NCBI GenBank assembly: GCA_002269645.1
Contig: NIVC01002168.1
Span: 102,556 to 166,555 of the forward strand
Direction: 5' to 3'
Source of the DNA: Macrostomum lignano
Taxonomy: Eukaryota
DNA: 64,000 nt
Shown: positions 38,105-49,170 of the stretch, one piece after another
Numbering within the stretch: the stretch's first letter is position 1
How the letters are laid out: every line of letters begins with the position of its first letter
Notes under the pieces: generated by a model
What the model saw: only the letters and a program-made list of their open reading frames with translations
Databases searched by the model: none
Told to the model about the DNA's origin: nothing
Translations under genes and position numbers: made by a program

Positions 38105-39232
38105 AATGATAGCAAAATCACAGTGTATTTGTGCTCATTCAAAACCTGAATATTTTAAGTCACATGATTAAGTATCGATTTAAGATTTCGTAGTTAGATC
38201 TTAATATGACTCAGGCTTCAAGTTTTGAGAAGACCCCCCGAGAACCCTAGTATCCTGACGCACCCCAGTTCAGTTTGCAAGCAATTAAACCTTTTCCCAA
38301 CCCTACACCGTGTAATAAAATTTCAGCCACATTCACCTGCATGCTAACTAGCATCGGCTGCACATGACTGACTTTAAGTGACTTGAATTAGAGAGAAACC
38401 CAGGGCACTGAGGAGGCGGCAAGGCAACGAGAGATTGAAGGCCAGCTGAGTGAGGGTGAGACCGCACACTATTCCCCAGTGCACTCAGCCGGTCCTGTGA
38501 TCAGCAGACCGCGTCCTTTTTATGACAAAGCATCAGACGGGAGCGGGCGAGACCGGGTGGCTTGCTTTTGACGGCTGGTGCTCACACAGTCTCTTTGCAT
38601 TGGCGCGGAGTGCAGCGGTTTGCCGTCCCCAGCGGCCAGCGCGCACAGAGCGCAATGTCTGGCACTACAGCTGGGTTTGTTGCTTTTAAAAAGCTAATTT
38701 TGCCACCTCACATCGACTCACATTTCCTGCTTGCCCCTTTTGGATGGGCAGATTGGATGGGCAGTTTCCAGTTTTTAGCATTAAATTCACAGTTATCTCA
38801 CTTTCTGGAGTTTCCGATTAAAAATGAAGCAAGTACGTGTTTTAGTCACAGACAATCTCTGTTGAGAATACAAAAAGCAGCAAAAAAGACAGTGTTCTTG
38901 CTTTATAAATATTTATGAATAGATGAATTTTCAGCGGTCTGCGGGTGTAGTTGTCCATGTTACTGCCTTCCACTCGTGCACTGGAAGATCCAGACGGGGG
39001 TCAAGGAGGTCATGCCCGCCCCACTCCCCCCGAGAAAATTACAGGGGTCATGACCCCCGGGAAACAGTTTGCCTTTTTCTAGTTATATTGAATAAAAATT
39101 TTCCAAGTCGGAGGAGCTGAAACTCACTGGCGAATCCGTGGGGGGTTCAAGGGGGTCGGCTGACCCCCCCCCAGGAAAAATCTCATTTGTTCATTTTAGC
39201 ACTCCTTTGCTGCCAATTTGTCCCAGACTCAC

Positions 39233-39333
39233 CATGATGAAGATCGGAGCCAGGAACTTCCAACAGAGCTTCCAATAGATCCCCGGTAGGATGCCCGTCA
39301 TTTCGCGGATATTTTCGCGGAATCGGTCGACGC
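39233..39333 (-). CDS. DAT: Dopamine transporter exon 9 (TM11; not visible in the ORF track)
   Basis: TTCCAG|GC; G-VDRFRENIREMTGILPGIYWKLCWKFLAPIFIM|GTGAGT; phases 1/0 match the neighbouring exons. Confidence 0.92.
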
Positions 39334-39875
39334 CTGGAATTGATGGCGGCGGTTTTCTTAGAACAGTGAGAAAATTTCAGCGGCAGAGAGATGGTACACA
39401 AACTGTGTGAGGAAATTCTGATAGGAAGTACGACCAAGCAGCTGGTCAATCGAAGGGATTCTCAGACTCTCAGATCTTTTGTAACTTTTGAAGTCTTAAG
39501 CTGCTTTGACATGTGCCTGTGCTTCTAGGGAAATCGATCATTCAGTTTAAATCTGTCTTGGATAGAACTGGCTGTCTAAACTACGTAAATAACAAATGGC
39601 TCGTACATAAAGTACTTTAAAGCATTCTCTGTTTACTTTAGAAGCTGTGGCTTAATTTTGCAATTATAATTACTATATGGTCACTTCAGTAAACCTATGG
39701 CTGGCCTTCATGCTGAGTAAGGAAAAGGTAGCTTAATTTATAGGGTATAAAAAGACCGTCCCATGATCACGTGATCTGGTTGGGAAGGATGTACATTTAG
39801 TCAGCGCGTCAGACATTGTACATTGGAGCTCTTAGCCACGAGGGTAGGCAGGCTTAGAGGGGTGGCAGGGTGGAG

Positions 39876-40290
39876 TGAAATTGTGCGATCGATAAACCTA
39901 GTTAGATGGGCCATAAATAGGGGTTGAGGTTACAGAGAATCAAGTGACGGGTAGAATAGGAGCGAAATTGGTGCGATCGATAAACCTAGTTAGATGGGCC
40001 ATAAATAGGGGTTGAGGTTACAGAGAATCAAGTGACGGGTAGAATAGGAGCGAAATTGTTGCGATCGATAAATCTGGGCAGGCGGGCCATAAAATAAGGG
40101 TTGAGGTTACAGAGAATCAAGTGACGGGTAGAATAGGAGCGAAATTGGTGCGATCGATAAACCTAGTTAGATGGGCCATAAATAGGGGTTGAGGTTACAG
40201 AGAATCAAGTGACGGGTAGAATAGGAGCAAAATTGGTGCGATCGATAAATCTGGGTAGGCGGGCCATAAAATAGGGTTTGGGGTTACAAA
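39876..40290. repeat. 88-bp tandem repeat, ~4.5 copies
   Basis: GCGATCGATAA recurs at 39885, 39973, 40061, 40150 and 40238. Confidence 0.92.
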
Positions 40291-40751
40291 GAAGTGCCAG
40301 GGTTGAACTGAAGTGAAATCGGTACGACCGATAAACCTGATAAAAAGAACCAAAATATATCCAAGTGATTGAACAGCTTGCAGTTCCTTGCATTTACTGC
40401 TCCCTCGTTTAATTCTTACGGCTTAGCCGTACATTAATTTGGGTTTGTGCGACTCACAGGGCTAGGGTCACAATGTCGGTATCAAGGGATTAAGACTGTG
40501 TACGTATGTACTTTGTACGTAAGGTTGTGTACGTAAGGAGTAAGACTGTGTACGCATCCTCGCGCTTGTAGGGGAGTTGGAATGGGCAGTAATGCCTTTC
40601 GAAGGTTATGTGACAATGTCTCTCATAAAAAAGCAAAAAAAACAGTCCACATGAGTTTCTAGAGATCACTGTCTGCTTTTTGCTTTCTATTTATAGAGCC
40701 AATTATAAGATTAAAAGACATCCCGGATTTGTGATCGAGTCAGTTACGCAC

Positions 40752-40980
40752 CGTAGATCCAGGAGACGCACATAGTCTCAAACAGTACAGCGATGAGAAT
40801 GGAATACTGGACTGAGAATCGCTCCAGCATGTTCAGGATGTAGATGCCGCCCTGGGTGACCTCGGCGAGGCCCACGGAGTAGTAGAAGACGAACAGGCCC
40901 AGCACGAAGAGTTCTCGGTTGCGTCGGATGATCGTAAATTCGTCGCTGACGCCAGTGATGATGGCCTCCGAGCCGCCGAA
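40752..40980 (-). CDS. DAT: Dopamine transporter exon 8 (TM8-TM10)
   Basis: CCAG|[15 protein letters not shown]...[34 protein letters not shown]|GTGCG. Confidence 0.95.
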
Positions 40981-41109
40981 CTGGCCGAGTGGAGGAAGCG
41001 GGTGCACTTTTCATGGGTTTAGAGTTCGACCAAGATGACTCACTCAGGCATGAGATGTGCTCAAATTTACAGTCCTTTACAAAAAGATTCCAAATCTCTC
41101 GCAAACCCA

Positions 41110-41238
41110 CTGATATCCCACTCAGATCCTACTCATATCCCACTCAGATCCTACTCATATCCCACTCAGATCCTACTCATATCCCACTCAGATCCTACTC
41201 ATAGCCCACTCAGATCCTACTCATATCCCACTCAGATC
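41110..41238. repeat. 22-bp tandem repeat (ATATCCCACTCAGATCCTACTC), ~6 copies
   Basis: Direct reading. Confidence 0.9.
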
Positions 41239-41324
41239 TCACACAGTTCCCCATTCAGATACAAAAATATCCCATTTAGATTCGGATCCCAAGCAGATGC
41301 CACTTGCAGCATAGACTCATTTAC

Positions 41325-41437
41325 CGAGCTGTCCAGTCCGAGCGTCATGAGCATCAGGAAGAAGCAGAGACTCCAAAATGTTGAGCCGGGCAGGGTGGCC
41401 AGAGCCTCCGGATAGACGGTGAAGACGAGTCCGGGAT
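41325..41437 (-). CDS. DAT: Dopamine transporter exon 7 (EL4-TM8)
   Basis: GGCAG|AT; [38 protein letters not shown]|GTAAAT. Confidence 0.95.
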
Positions 41438-41489
41438 CTGCCATTGCGATGAGGAGGCTTTGCTGGTTATTGCATATTTTCTGTTTTTA

Positions 41490-41660
41490 GAATTACCGCT
41501 ATGAAGGGACTGAAGGTTGGGGCTAATTCTCAGAATGAAGGGACTGAAGGTCAGGGCTAATTCTCAGAATGAAGGGACTGAAGGGTGGCGCTAATTCTCA
41601 GAATGAAGGGATCGAAGGATGGCGCTAATTCTCAGAGTGAAGGGATTGAAAGGTCGCGCT
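41490..41660. repeat. ~33-bp tandem repeat (CTAATTCTCAGAATGAAGGGACTGAAGG...), ~4-5 copies
   Basis: Direct reading. Confidence 0.8.
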
Positions 41661-41749
41661 TACATCCCACCAGAGCTCATCATTATGTTAACAATCTAGG
41701 CAGTCCTACGTGAATTCGTGACAACAACGGAAACTACAAAATAACCAAC

Positions 41750-41874
41750 CGTCCGAGATGACATCCTTGACATCCTCCTGGCGCTTGTGGGCCAAGTAGC
41801 CGATGATGGCGAAAACCACAAAGCCGGACAGGAAGCTGGTCATGCAGTTCACGGCGCTGGTTATCATGGCGTCT
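41750..41874 (-). CDS. DAT: Dopamine transporter exon 6 (TM7)
   Basis: CCGCAG|A; [30 protein letters not shown]...VISD-G|GTTGGT. Confidence 0.93.
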
Positions 41875-41896
41875 CTGCGGGGTGGGGGAGAGTGGG

Positions 41897-42425
41897 AGGC
41901 GGAGATAAGAATGGTCGGACAGGGAGATAAGGATGGTCGGAGAGGGAGATAAGGATGGTCGGAGAGGGAGATAAGGATGGTCGGAGAGGGAGATAAGGAT
42001 GGTCGGAGAGGGAGATAAGGATGGACGGTGAGGGAGATAAGGATGGTCGGAGAGGGAGATAAGGATGGACGGTGAGGGAGATAAGGATGGTCGGAGAGGG
42101 AGATAAGAATGGTCGGAGAGGGAGATAAGGATGGTCGGAGAGGGAGATAAGGATGGTCGGAGAGGGAGATAAGAATGGTCGGAGAGGGAGATAAGGATGG
42201 TCGGAGAGGGAGATAGGATGGTCGGAGAGGGGGATAAGGATGGTCGGAGAGGGAGATAAGGATGGTCGGAGAGGGAGATAGGATGGTCGGAGAGGGGGAT
42301 AAGGATGGTCGGAGAGGGAGATAAGGATGGTCGGAGAGGGAGATAAGGATGGTCGGAGAGGGAGATAAGGATGGTCGGAGAGGGAGATAAGGATGGTCGG
42401 AGAGGGAGATAGGATGGTCGGAGAG
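41897..42425. repeat. 22-bp minisatellite (GGAGATAAGGATGGTCGGAGAG)
   Basis: Direct reading; ends ~22 nt from the exon-6 acceptor. Confidence 0.95.
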
Positions 42426-43228
42426 GGGGATATGATGGACTAAGACTGAGATAAGATGGACTGAGACTGAGAAAAGATGGACTGAGACTGAGATAGAATG
42501 AACACAGGGAGATAGGATAAACGGAGGCAGAAGTAAGAAAGGTAGAAAAGTAGAGAGGGGAGTGGGAGCGTGATGGGAGCGAGGAATTAGAGAGGGGGGA
42601 GTAAGGGAGAGCAGGTTCGAAGGAAGATCACAACGAGCCCCATGCAGTATACTCAAGGGTAGCTACTCTCGTAGGACTACAATGAGGCCGTTTAAAAGTA
42701 CATCTCGGGCTTGTGCGGTCGCCCCAAGTCGCATTTCGCATAAAATGCTCATTATTATAGTTTAACTCATATATGCTAAAGATTTATGATAGAAAAGTTC
42801 ATATAAAAATGCGCGGAAGCAGATCCTGTTCGCGCCCGCTTGGCTCCTGAGAGTAAATTTAAGAGCCGCGACGATAAGAGATGGCAGCTACAGTTTCGCC
42901 CGGGCTGAGATAATTCATAAATTATTATTCTTCATCCATAGGCTGCTCCGCCAGTCTCCGATATCAATCATGGTCTCCCGGATCCACGCAGTATTTAAAA
43001 GTCTACTCTGCCTATTTTTATTCAGCTCAATGGCTGACGGCTTCCTTTCTTGGTAGTTGAGCTGCCAACACCTTCTTGATGCTTGAGAAATTGGGAATTA
43101 TGATTTTAACTGAGAGGAGCTGGTTTTGAAATGTATTACAATACTAAGTAGTGCTACGTATGAGACGTATGGCACTCTATTTATTATATTATTTAGTGCA
43201 TAGTACATACTTATATTATATTGATAGT

Positions 43229-43560
43229 ACCGCTTATCCAACACGGGTCCTTCAGTGAGGGCACCGCTTATCCAATACGGGTCCTTCAGTGAGGGCAACG
43301 CTTATCCAATACGGGTCCTTCAGTGAGGGCACCGCTTATCCAATACGGGTCCTTCAGTGAGGGCACCGCTTATCCAATACGGGTCCTTCAGTGAGGGCAC
43401 CGCTTATCCAATACGGGTCCTTCAGTAAGGGCACCGCTTATCCAATACGGGTCCTTCAGTGAGGGCACCGCTTATCCAATACGGGTCCTTCAGTGAGGGC
43501 ACCGCTTATCCAATACGGGTCCTTCAGTGAGGGCACCGCTTATCCAATACGGGTCTTTCA
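43229..43560. repeat. 34-bp minisatellite (ACCGCTTATCCAATACGGGTCCTTCAGTGAGGGC), ~10 copies
   Basis: Direct reading. Confidence 0.96.
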
Positions 43561-43640
43561 GGGGGTGCCGTAGCCCAGTGGTCTGGCGCGGCGCTATGAT
43601 GTGCCTGCGGCCCAGGCTCGATTCCAAGTGGAGTCGCATT
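43561..43640 (+). mobile_element. tRNA-derived SINE-like head
   Basis: A-box-like TAGCCCAGTGGTC and B-box-like GGCTCGATTCC; no pairing acceptor stem, so not an intact tRNA. Confidence 0.4.
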
Positions 43641-43895
43641 AATTTGGGGCTAAATTGGAATTCCGGCTTGGCTCTTAGCTGGTGTAATTAACGGCCTTAA
43701 GGGCCAACCCCCAGGGCACAGTGAAGTGTACATGCCTAATTATAAATAAAGTTTGGGCCGCTGTACACTCCTGTGTGAGTGTGTGCCTGTGCGTATGACT
43801 GCGTACGTATCCTTGCGCTTGTGCGCCTGCTGAGGGGAGTCGGCTGAAGTGGGGGCACTGCTTAGGCAACAGCGGCACTTCAAGGCGGTGCTCAC

Positions 43896-44134
43896 TTGTA
43901 CACGTTGTTGTTGAATTTGTTGTAGGAGGCGAAGGCCAGCAGGACGCCGAAGCCGGGGCCCAGCGAGAAGAACACCTGCGTGGCCGCGTCAATCCAGGGG
44001 CGCGAGGTCAGCAGCTCGGTCATGTTGGGCTTGATGTAGTAGTGAATGCCCTTCATTGAGCCCTCGAGAGTGACGCCGCGAACCAGCAGAATTAGCAGTA
44101 CAACGTATGGGAAGAGAGCGGTGAACCAGACCAC
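43896..44134 (-). CDS. DAT: Dopamine transporter exon 5 (TM5-TM6)
   Basis: CAAG|[25 protein letters not shown]...[35 protein letters not shown]|GTGAG. Confidence 0.97.
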
Positions 44135-44289
44135 CTTGGTTGGGGGTGTTTCAAATGAAGTTATAATTTAATAATCTGCAAAATTACCAGCATGCACGAA
44201 TGAGCCTTCAAACTGTTACAAAGACCTATAAAATATTATGGATTTCCTACAGAAACCGCGAACAACTATTTTGGTTGACCCAAAGACCT

Positions 44290-44978
44290 AGGAAGCTCTT
44301 TGAGCAGACACAAAGACTTAGAGAACTCTTCGAGCAGACACAAAGACTTAGAGAACTATTCGAGCAGACACAAAGATTTAGAGAACTCTTCGAGCAGACA
44401 CAAAGACTTAGAGAACTCTTTGAGCAGACACAAAGACTTAGAGAACTCTTCGAGCAGACACAAAGACTTAGAGAACTCTTCGAGCAGACACAAAGATTTA
44501 GAGAACTCTTCGAGCAGACACAAAGACTTAGAGAACTCTTCGAGCAGACACAAAGACTTAGAGAACTCTTCGAGCAGACACAAAGACTTAGAGAACTCTT
44601 CGAGCAGACACAAAGACTTAGAGAACTCTTCGAGCAGACACAAAGACTTAGAGAACTCTTCGAGCAGACACAAAGACTTAGAGAACTCTTCGAGCAGACA
44701 CAAAGACTTAGAGAACTCTTCGAGCAGACACAAAGACTTAGAGAACTCTTCGAGCAGACACAAAGACTTAGAGAACTCTTCGAGCAAACACAAAGACTTA
44801 GAGAACTCTTCGAGCAGACACAAAGACTTAGAGAACTCTTCGAGCAGACACAAAGACTTAGAGAACTCTTCGAGCAGACACAAAGACTTAGAGAACTCTT
44901 CGAGCAGACACAAAGACTTAGAGAACTCTTCGAGCAGACACAAAGACTTAGAGAACTCTTCGAGCAGACACAAAGACT
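44290..44978. repeat. 30-bp minisatellite (GAGCAGACACAAAGACTTAGAGAACTCTTC), ~23 copies
   Basis: Direct reading. Confidence 0.98.
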
Positions 44979-45022
44979 GGATAATAGAAAAAATGTATAT
45001 CAACAGCCCAGAGCAGCCCTAC

Positions 45023-45166
45023 CTTTCCAGACATGCTGATGCCCTTCCACAGACTGAAGTAGCAGATGATGTACACCAAGGCCAGGCACATCGCCAGCTT
45101 CCACTGCACCGTACCGAGGTTGCCGATGCCATAGCCGCCGTCGGATGGTTGCCAAGAACGTGGTGA
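45023..45166 (-). CDS. DAT: Dopamine transporter exon 4 (EL2 end-TM4); 144 nt, 1 nt short of frame
   Basis: Strong ...TTTTTCGCGTTTCCGCAG| acceptor. Phase-2 entry reads Y-HHVLGNH, but the conserved [34 protein letters not shown] is in another frame. |GTAGG donor. Confidence 0.9.
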
Positions 45167-46197
45167 CTGCGGAAACGCGAAAAAGGAAAGAGGAGATGAG
45201 AGCGTTTTAAGAATTAAAGCGTACATTGATTGGTCTAATTCGAACACCAAAGTAATCCAACCAATACCAATTAAACACAAAAATCGATTAGAGAATCGAT
45301 AAGAAAATTGGTTAGAAAATCGATACAAAGATCGAAAGATCGATTAAAAATCGATCAGAAAGTTGCTTAGAAAATCGACAAAAAATTGATAAGAAAATCG
45401 ATATGAAAATCGGTCAGAAAATCGATGAAGAGATCAAATCGATTGAAAAATCGATGAAAAAATCGATTGAAAAGTCAATGAGAAACTCGATGAAAAACTT
45501 GATATTGATAGAAAACGATACGATACTTAATAGACTGAAAACGAGTCATTCATTATTTTCACAACAGCGTGGGTAATGAAGTACAATTCATGAAACAGGC
45601 TTAAACAGTAGAATTTTGGTGACACCTATTAACACGAGCGCCACATCGATAAACCAGCGCTAAATTATTGTGCGCCAGTTAATATGGGAGCCTACAAGCC
45701 ACCGAGGGAACCACTGTGGACTGCAGGAACAAGCTAGCTGACTCTCATCCCACGCCACAATTGGGATTAGGCATGTTAGGCGGCTACACTGCCTGACAAA
45801 TTGAATTCCCTCGTTGTTAAGCCAGGCCCCAGGGGTCCGTGTCCTCCCACGGAGGCCTCAAAGAGCCAAGGCTTGAAGGTGGACATTTTTTGGGCTTCAT
45901 AGTTCTGTGATGCTGGCTGGGGAATCGCAATTTCTGTTTGTCATTCAATATCCTCCACAGAAAGATGAAGAGGGCGTTCGGTTACTAGGGCAGAGGGGCG
46001 GGGCCGCTGCAAATTGTAGCGAAGGGGAGATGCTGGGGTGAGGGGAAATGTATCGGGATGGAGGGGGCATCCTCCAGACCTGTGTGCGTTGTGCTGCACC
46101 AGAAATGTGCTAACTTTTTGGTTTCCATGTAGCTTTAGGATCGTCAGTGCGAAAAACGAGAGTTCGTTTAGCATGAGAATCAAGGAGCCGATTCTCA

Positions 46198-46551
46198 CTG
46201 AGCCAGCTTGAGAATGAGAGCCACTCACTAGAAGAACTCGTGCGCAGGATAAGTTCCTGAGCCAGCTTGAGAATGAGAGCCACTCACTAGAAGAACTCGT
46301 GCGCAGGATAAGTTCCTGAGCCAGCTTGAGAATGAGAGCCACTCACTAGAAGAACTCGTGCGCAGGATAAGTTCCTGAGCCAGCTTGAGAATGAGAGCCA
46401 CTCACTAGAAGAACTCGTGCGCAGGATAAGTTCCTGAGCCAGCTTGAGAATGAGAGCCACTCACTAGAAGAACTCGTGCGCAGGATAAGTTCCTGAGCCA
46501 GCTTGAGAATGAGAGCCACTCACTAGAAGAACTCGTGCGCAGGATAAGTTC
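46198..46551. repeat. 59-bp minisatellite containing the last 28 nt of DAT exon 3, its GTGAGT donor and 31 nt of intron (6 donor copies including the genuine one)
   Basis: Minus-strand unit GTGAGTGGCTCTCATTCTCAAGCTGGCTCAGGAACTTATCCTGCGCACGAGTTCTTCTA. Confidence 0.97.
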
Positions 46552-46791
46552 GTCCAGTGCTGTTCGCATCAACGGCTGTTTGGATGGCAGTGGTGAGGTT
46601 GGCGGTTACCACAGCAACTTTGTCGCTCAGGTGCTCATCGTAGCAGGTCGGCATATTCCAAGTGTTGTTACAGGAGGTCCACGGCAGGTTAACAGCGAAT
46701 GAGGCGAACAGAAAGTACAGCGACCAGGCGATTATGACGTTGTAGAAGAAGTCGGTGAAGAAGGCGATCATTACAACGCAGAGACCGATGC
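46524..46791 (-). CDS. DAT: Dopamine transporter exon 3 (TM3-EL2)
   Basis: GCAG|GC; [29 protein letters not shown]...[13 protein letters not shown]...PAHEFF-TA|GTGAGT. Confidence 0.95.
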
Positions 46792-47017
46792 CTGCTCGGA
46801 GGGCGGAGTTAACGAATGCCAAATGAGCCGTCTGCATTTTCTTTGCACTTTGGGAGTGGGGAAGTTCTAATTAGCACCCCTTGATTAGTGCCAGGTCACG
46901 TCCTCTAACTGAGACACCCTAATTAGAAGACTGTAGCAGTCAACTTTTGGTGAAAGTTTGACTTTATCTAACGTCTGACTAAAATCTAGCCTGTTGCTAG
47001 CCGATTGGCCACCAATA

Positions 47018-47350
47018 CTTGGCGTCTCTGGCTCTTGGTGGACGCCCCTGGCCTCTTGGTTGGCGTCTCTGGCTCTTGGTGGACGCCCCTGGCCTCTTGG
47101 TTGGCGTCTCTGGCTCTTGGTGGACGCCCCTGGCCTCTTGGTTGGCGTCTCTGGCTCTTGGTGGACGCCCCTGGGCTCTTGGTGGGCGCCTGTATCTTCA
47201 TGGGCGTCTCTAGCTCTTGATGGACGTCTGTCTCTTCATGGGCGTCTCTGTCTGTTGGTGGGCGCCTGTCTCTTCATGGGCGTCTCTAGCTCTTGGTGGA
47301 CGCCCCTGAGCTCTTGGTGGGCGTCTCTGGCTCTTTGTGGGCGCCCCGTC
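47018..47350. repeat. ~41-bp minisatellite (GGCGTCTCTGGCTCTTGGTGGACGCCCCTGGCCTCTTGGTT), degenerating rightwards
   Basis: Direct reading. Confidence 0.88.
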
Positions 47351-48097
47351 TCTTGATGGGCGCACCTGTCTCTTTGTCTGCGCCCTGTCATTTTGTGTCT
47401 CTTTGTGGGCGCCCCTTGGCTCGTGGTGTGCGCCTCTGTCTCTTGATGGGCACCCCGTCTCTTAGACCGGTGGATGCCCCCGTCCAGGAGGTGGCACAAG
47501 TTCAGCTACCGGTCATTCCTCTCTTTCACTTTGCTTTTGGAGGAGCGCAATTTTTGAGGGGGATTGGAAGTGGGCACGCCCCCCCCCCTGCCCCCCTCTG
47601 CGTGGGCCACTGGCATGCGTCCGTTACGTCGTCGCCTTGCACAGCTTGCAGAGCATAAAAGCCGCTCTCAGACTATAAAAGACAGGCTGACAAATAAAGT
47701 TGCTGTTGCAAGCTTATATTTGCACCGAAGAATCCGCAGGGGTATTAAAGTGGCTCCACAGCCGGATTTGCAGCAGCAGTGTCTGATCTCAAATGTATTG
47801 CTTTAGAATCAGAGTAAACACAGTATTAGCCAAGCAACTAGCTACGTCGGTACAGGGAACAGCAGGTTCAGTGGGCTCCCGACTTGAGCTCTTTCCTAAA
47901 CAACAGTCTGTTGACTATTCAGGGAAAAAACTTTCCGATTCTAAATTAGGAAACTCCATTTACAATCCTATTTTAACTGCCTCTAAAGCACTTCTGTACT
48001 CATTAGTTTTGCACGGACATGATCAAATCGTATTACAACACCGCTAATAATGATAGATCTGAAAGCAGACGCGCAGACACAGTGAGTCGCTCTTTAC

Positions 48098-48232
48098 CTT
48101 TGAACAGGGGGCAGACGCGACCCCAGCAGGTGATGGCTCCTTTGCGCACGTACTGGCCCAGCGCCAGCTCCATGTAGAACAGCGGGATGCCTCCGATGAC
48201 CAGCATGAGCAGGTAGGGGATGAGGAAGGCGC
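48098..48232 (-). CDS. DAT: Dopamine transporter exon 2 (TM2)
   Basis: GACAG|GC; [46 protein letters not shown]|GTAAA. Confidence 0.96.
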
Positions 48233-48374
48233 CTGTCGGGCGAGAGGGCAGGAAGGTGGAATTGCTTGATTGCTGGCTTGTTCTGTTTGAGCTGTCAGAG
48301 CTTTTGAGTTTGAGTTAGCTAAGTGATGCTAGTTGCACCTCTCTACATCATTGAATCACTTGGATCACTCAAAC

Positions 48375-49170
48375 CTCCATCAGGAGGTCCTGGAAGCTAC
48401 AGAGTAGGGCCAGCTCCATTTCCAGCATTGCTCACTGAACCAGTCGGAGGTCCTGGAAGCTACAGAGTAGGGCCAGCTCCATTTCCAGCATTGCTCACTG
48501 AACCAGTCGGAGGTCCTGGAAGCTACAGAGTAGGGCCAGCTCCATTTCCAGCATTGCTCACTGAACCAGTCGGAGGTCCTGGAAGCTACAGAGTAGGGCC
48601 AGCTCCATTTCCAGCATTGCTCACTGAACCAGTCGGAGGTCCTGGAAGCTACAGAGTAGGGCCAGCTCCATTTCCAGCATTGCTCACTGAACCATCGGGA
48701 GGTCCTGGAAGCTACAGAGTAGGGCCAGCTCCATTTCCAGCATTGCTCACTGAACCAGTCGGAGGTCCTGGAAGCTACAGAGTAGGGCCAGCTCCATTTC
48801 CAGCATTGCTCACTGAACCAGTCGGAGGTCCTGGAAGCTACAGAGTAGGGCCAGCTCCATTTCCAGCATTGCTCACTGAACCATCGGGAGGTCCTGGAAG
48901 CTACAGAGTAGGGCCAGCTCCATTTCCAGCATTGCTCACTGAACCATCGGGAGGTCCTGGAAGCTACAGAGTAGGGCCAGCTCCATTTCCAGCATTGCTC
49001 ACTGAACCATCGGGAGGTCCTGGAAGCTACAGAGTAGGGCCAGCTCCATTTCCAGCATTGCTCACTGAACCAGTCGGAGGTCCTGGAAGCTACAGAGTAG
49101 GGCCAGCTCCATTTCCAGCATTGCTCACTGAACCAGTCGGAGGTCCTGGAAGCTACAGAGTAGGGCCAGC
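48375..49170. repeat. 63-bp minisatellite, ~13 copies, two variants (CCAGTCGGA / CCATCGGGA)
   Basis: Direct reading; 21-aa periodicity in the ORF track. Confidence 0.97.

Noticed and set aside
38983-39180. MITE-like ends (CACTGG..ATCC..GGGGG); also ...GCGTGGGCCACTG at 47590-47612
   Set aside because: No partner TIR or TSD found nearby, so no element boundaries can be defined
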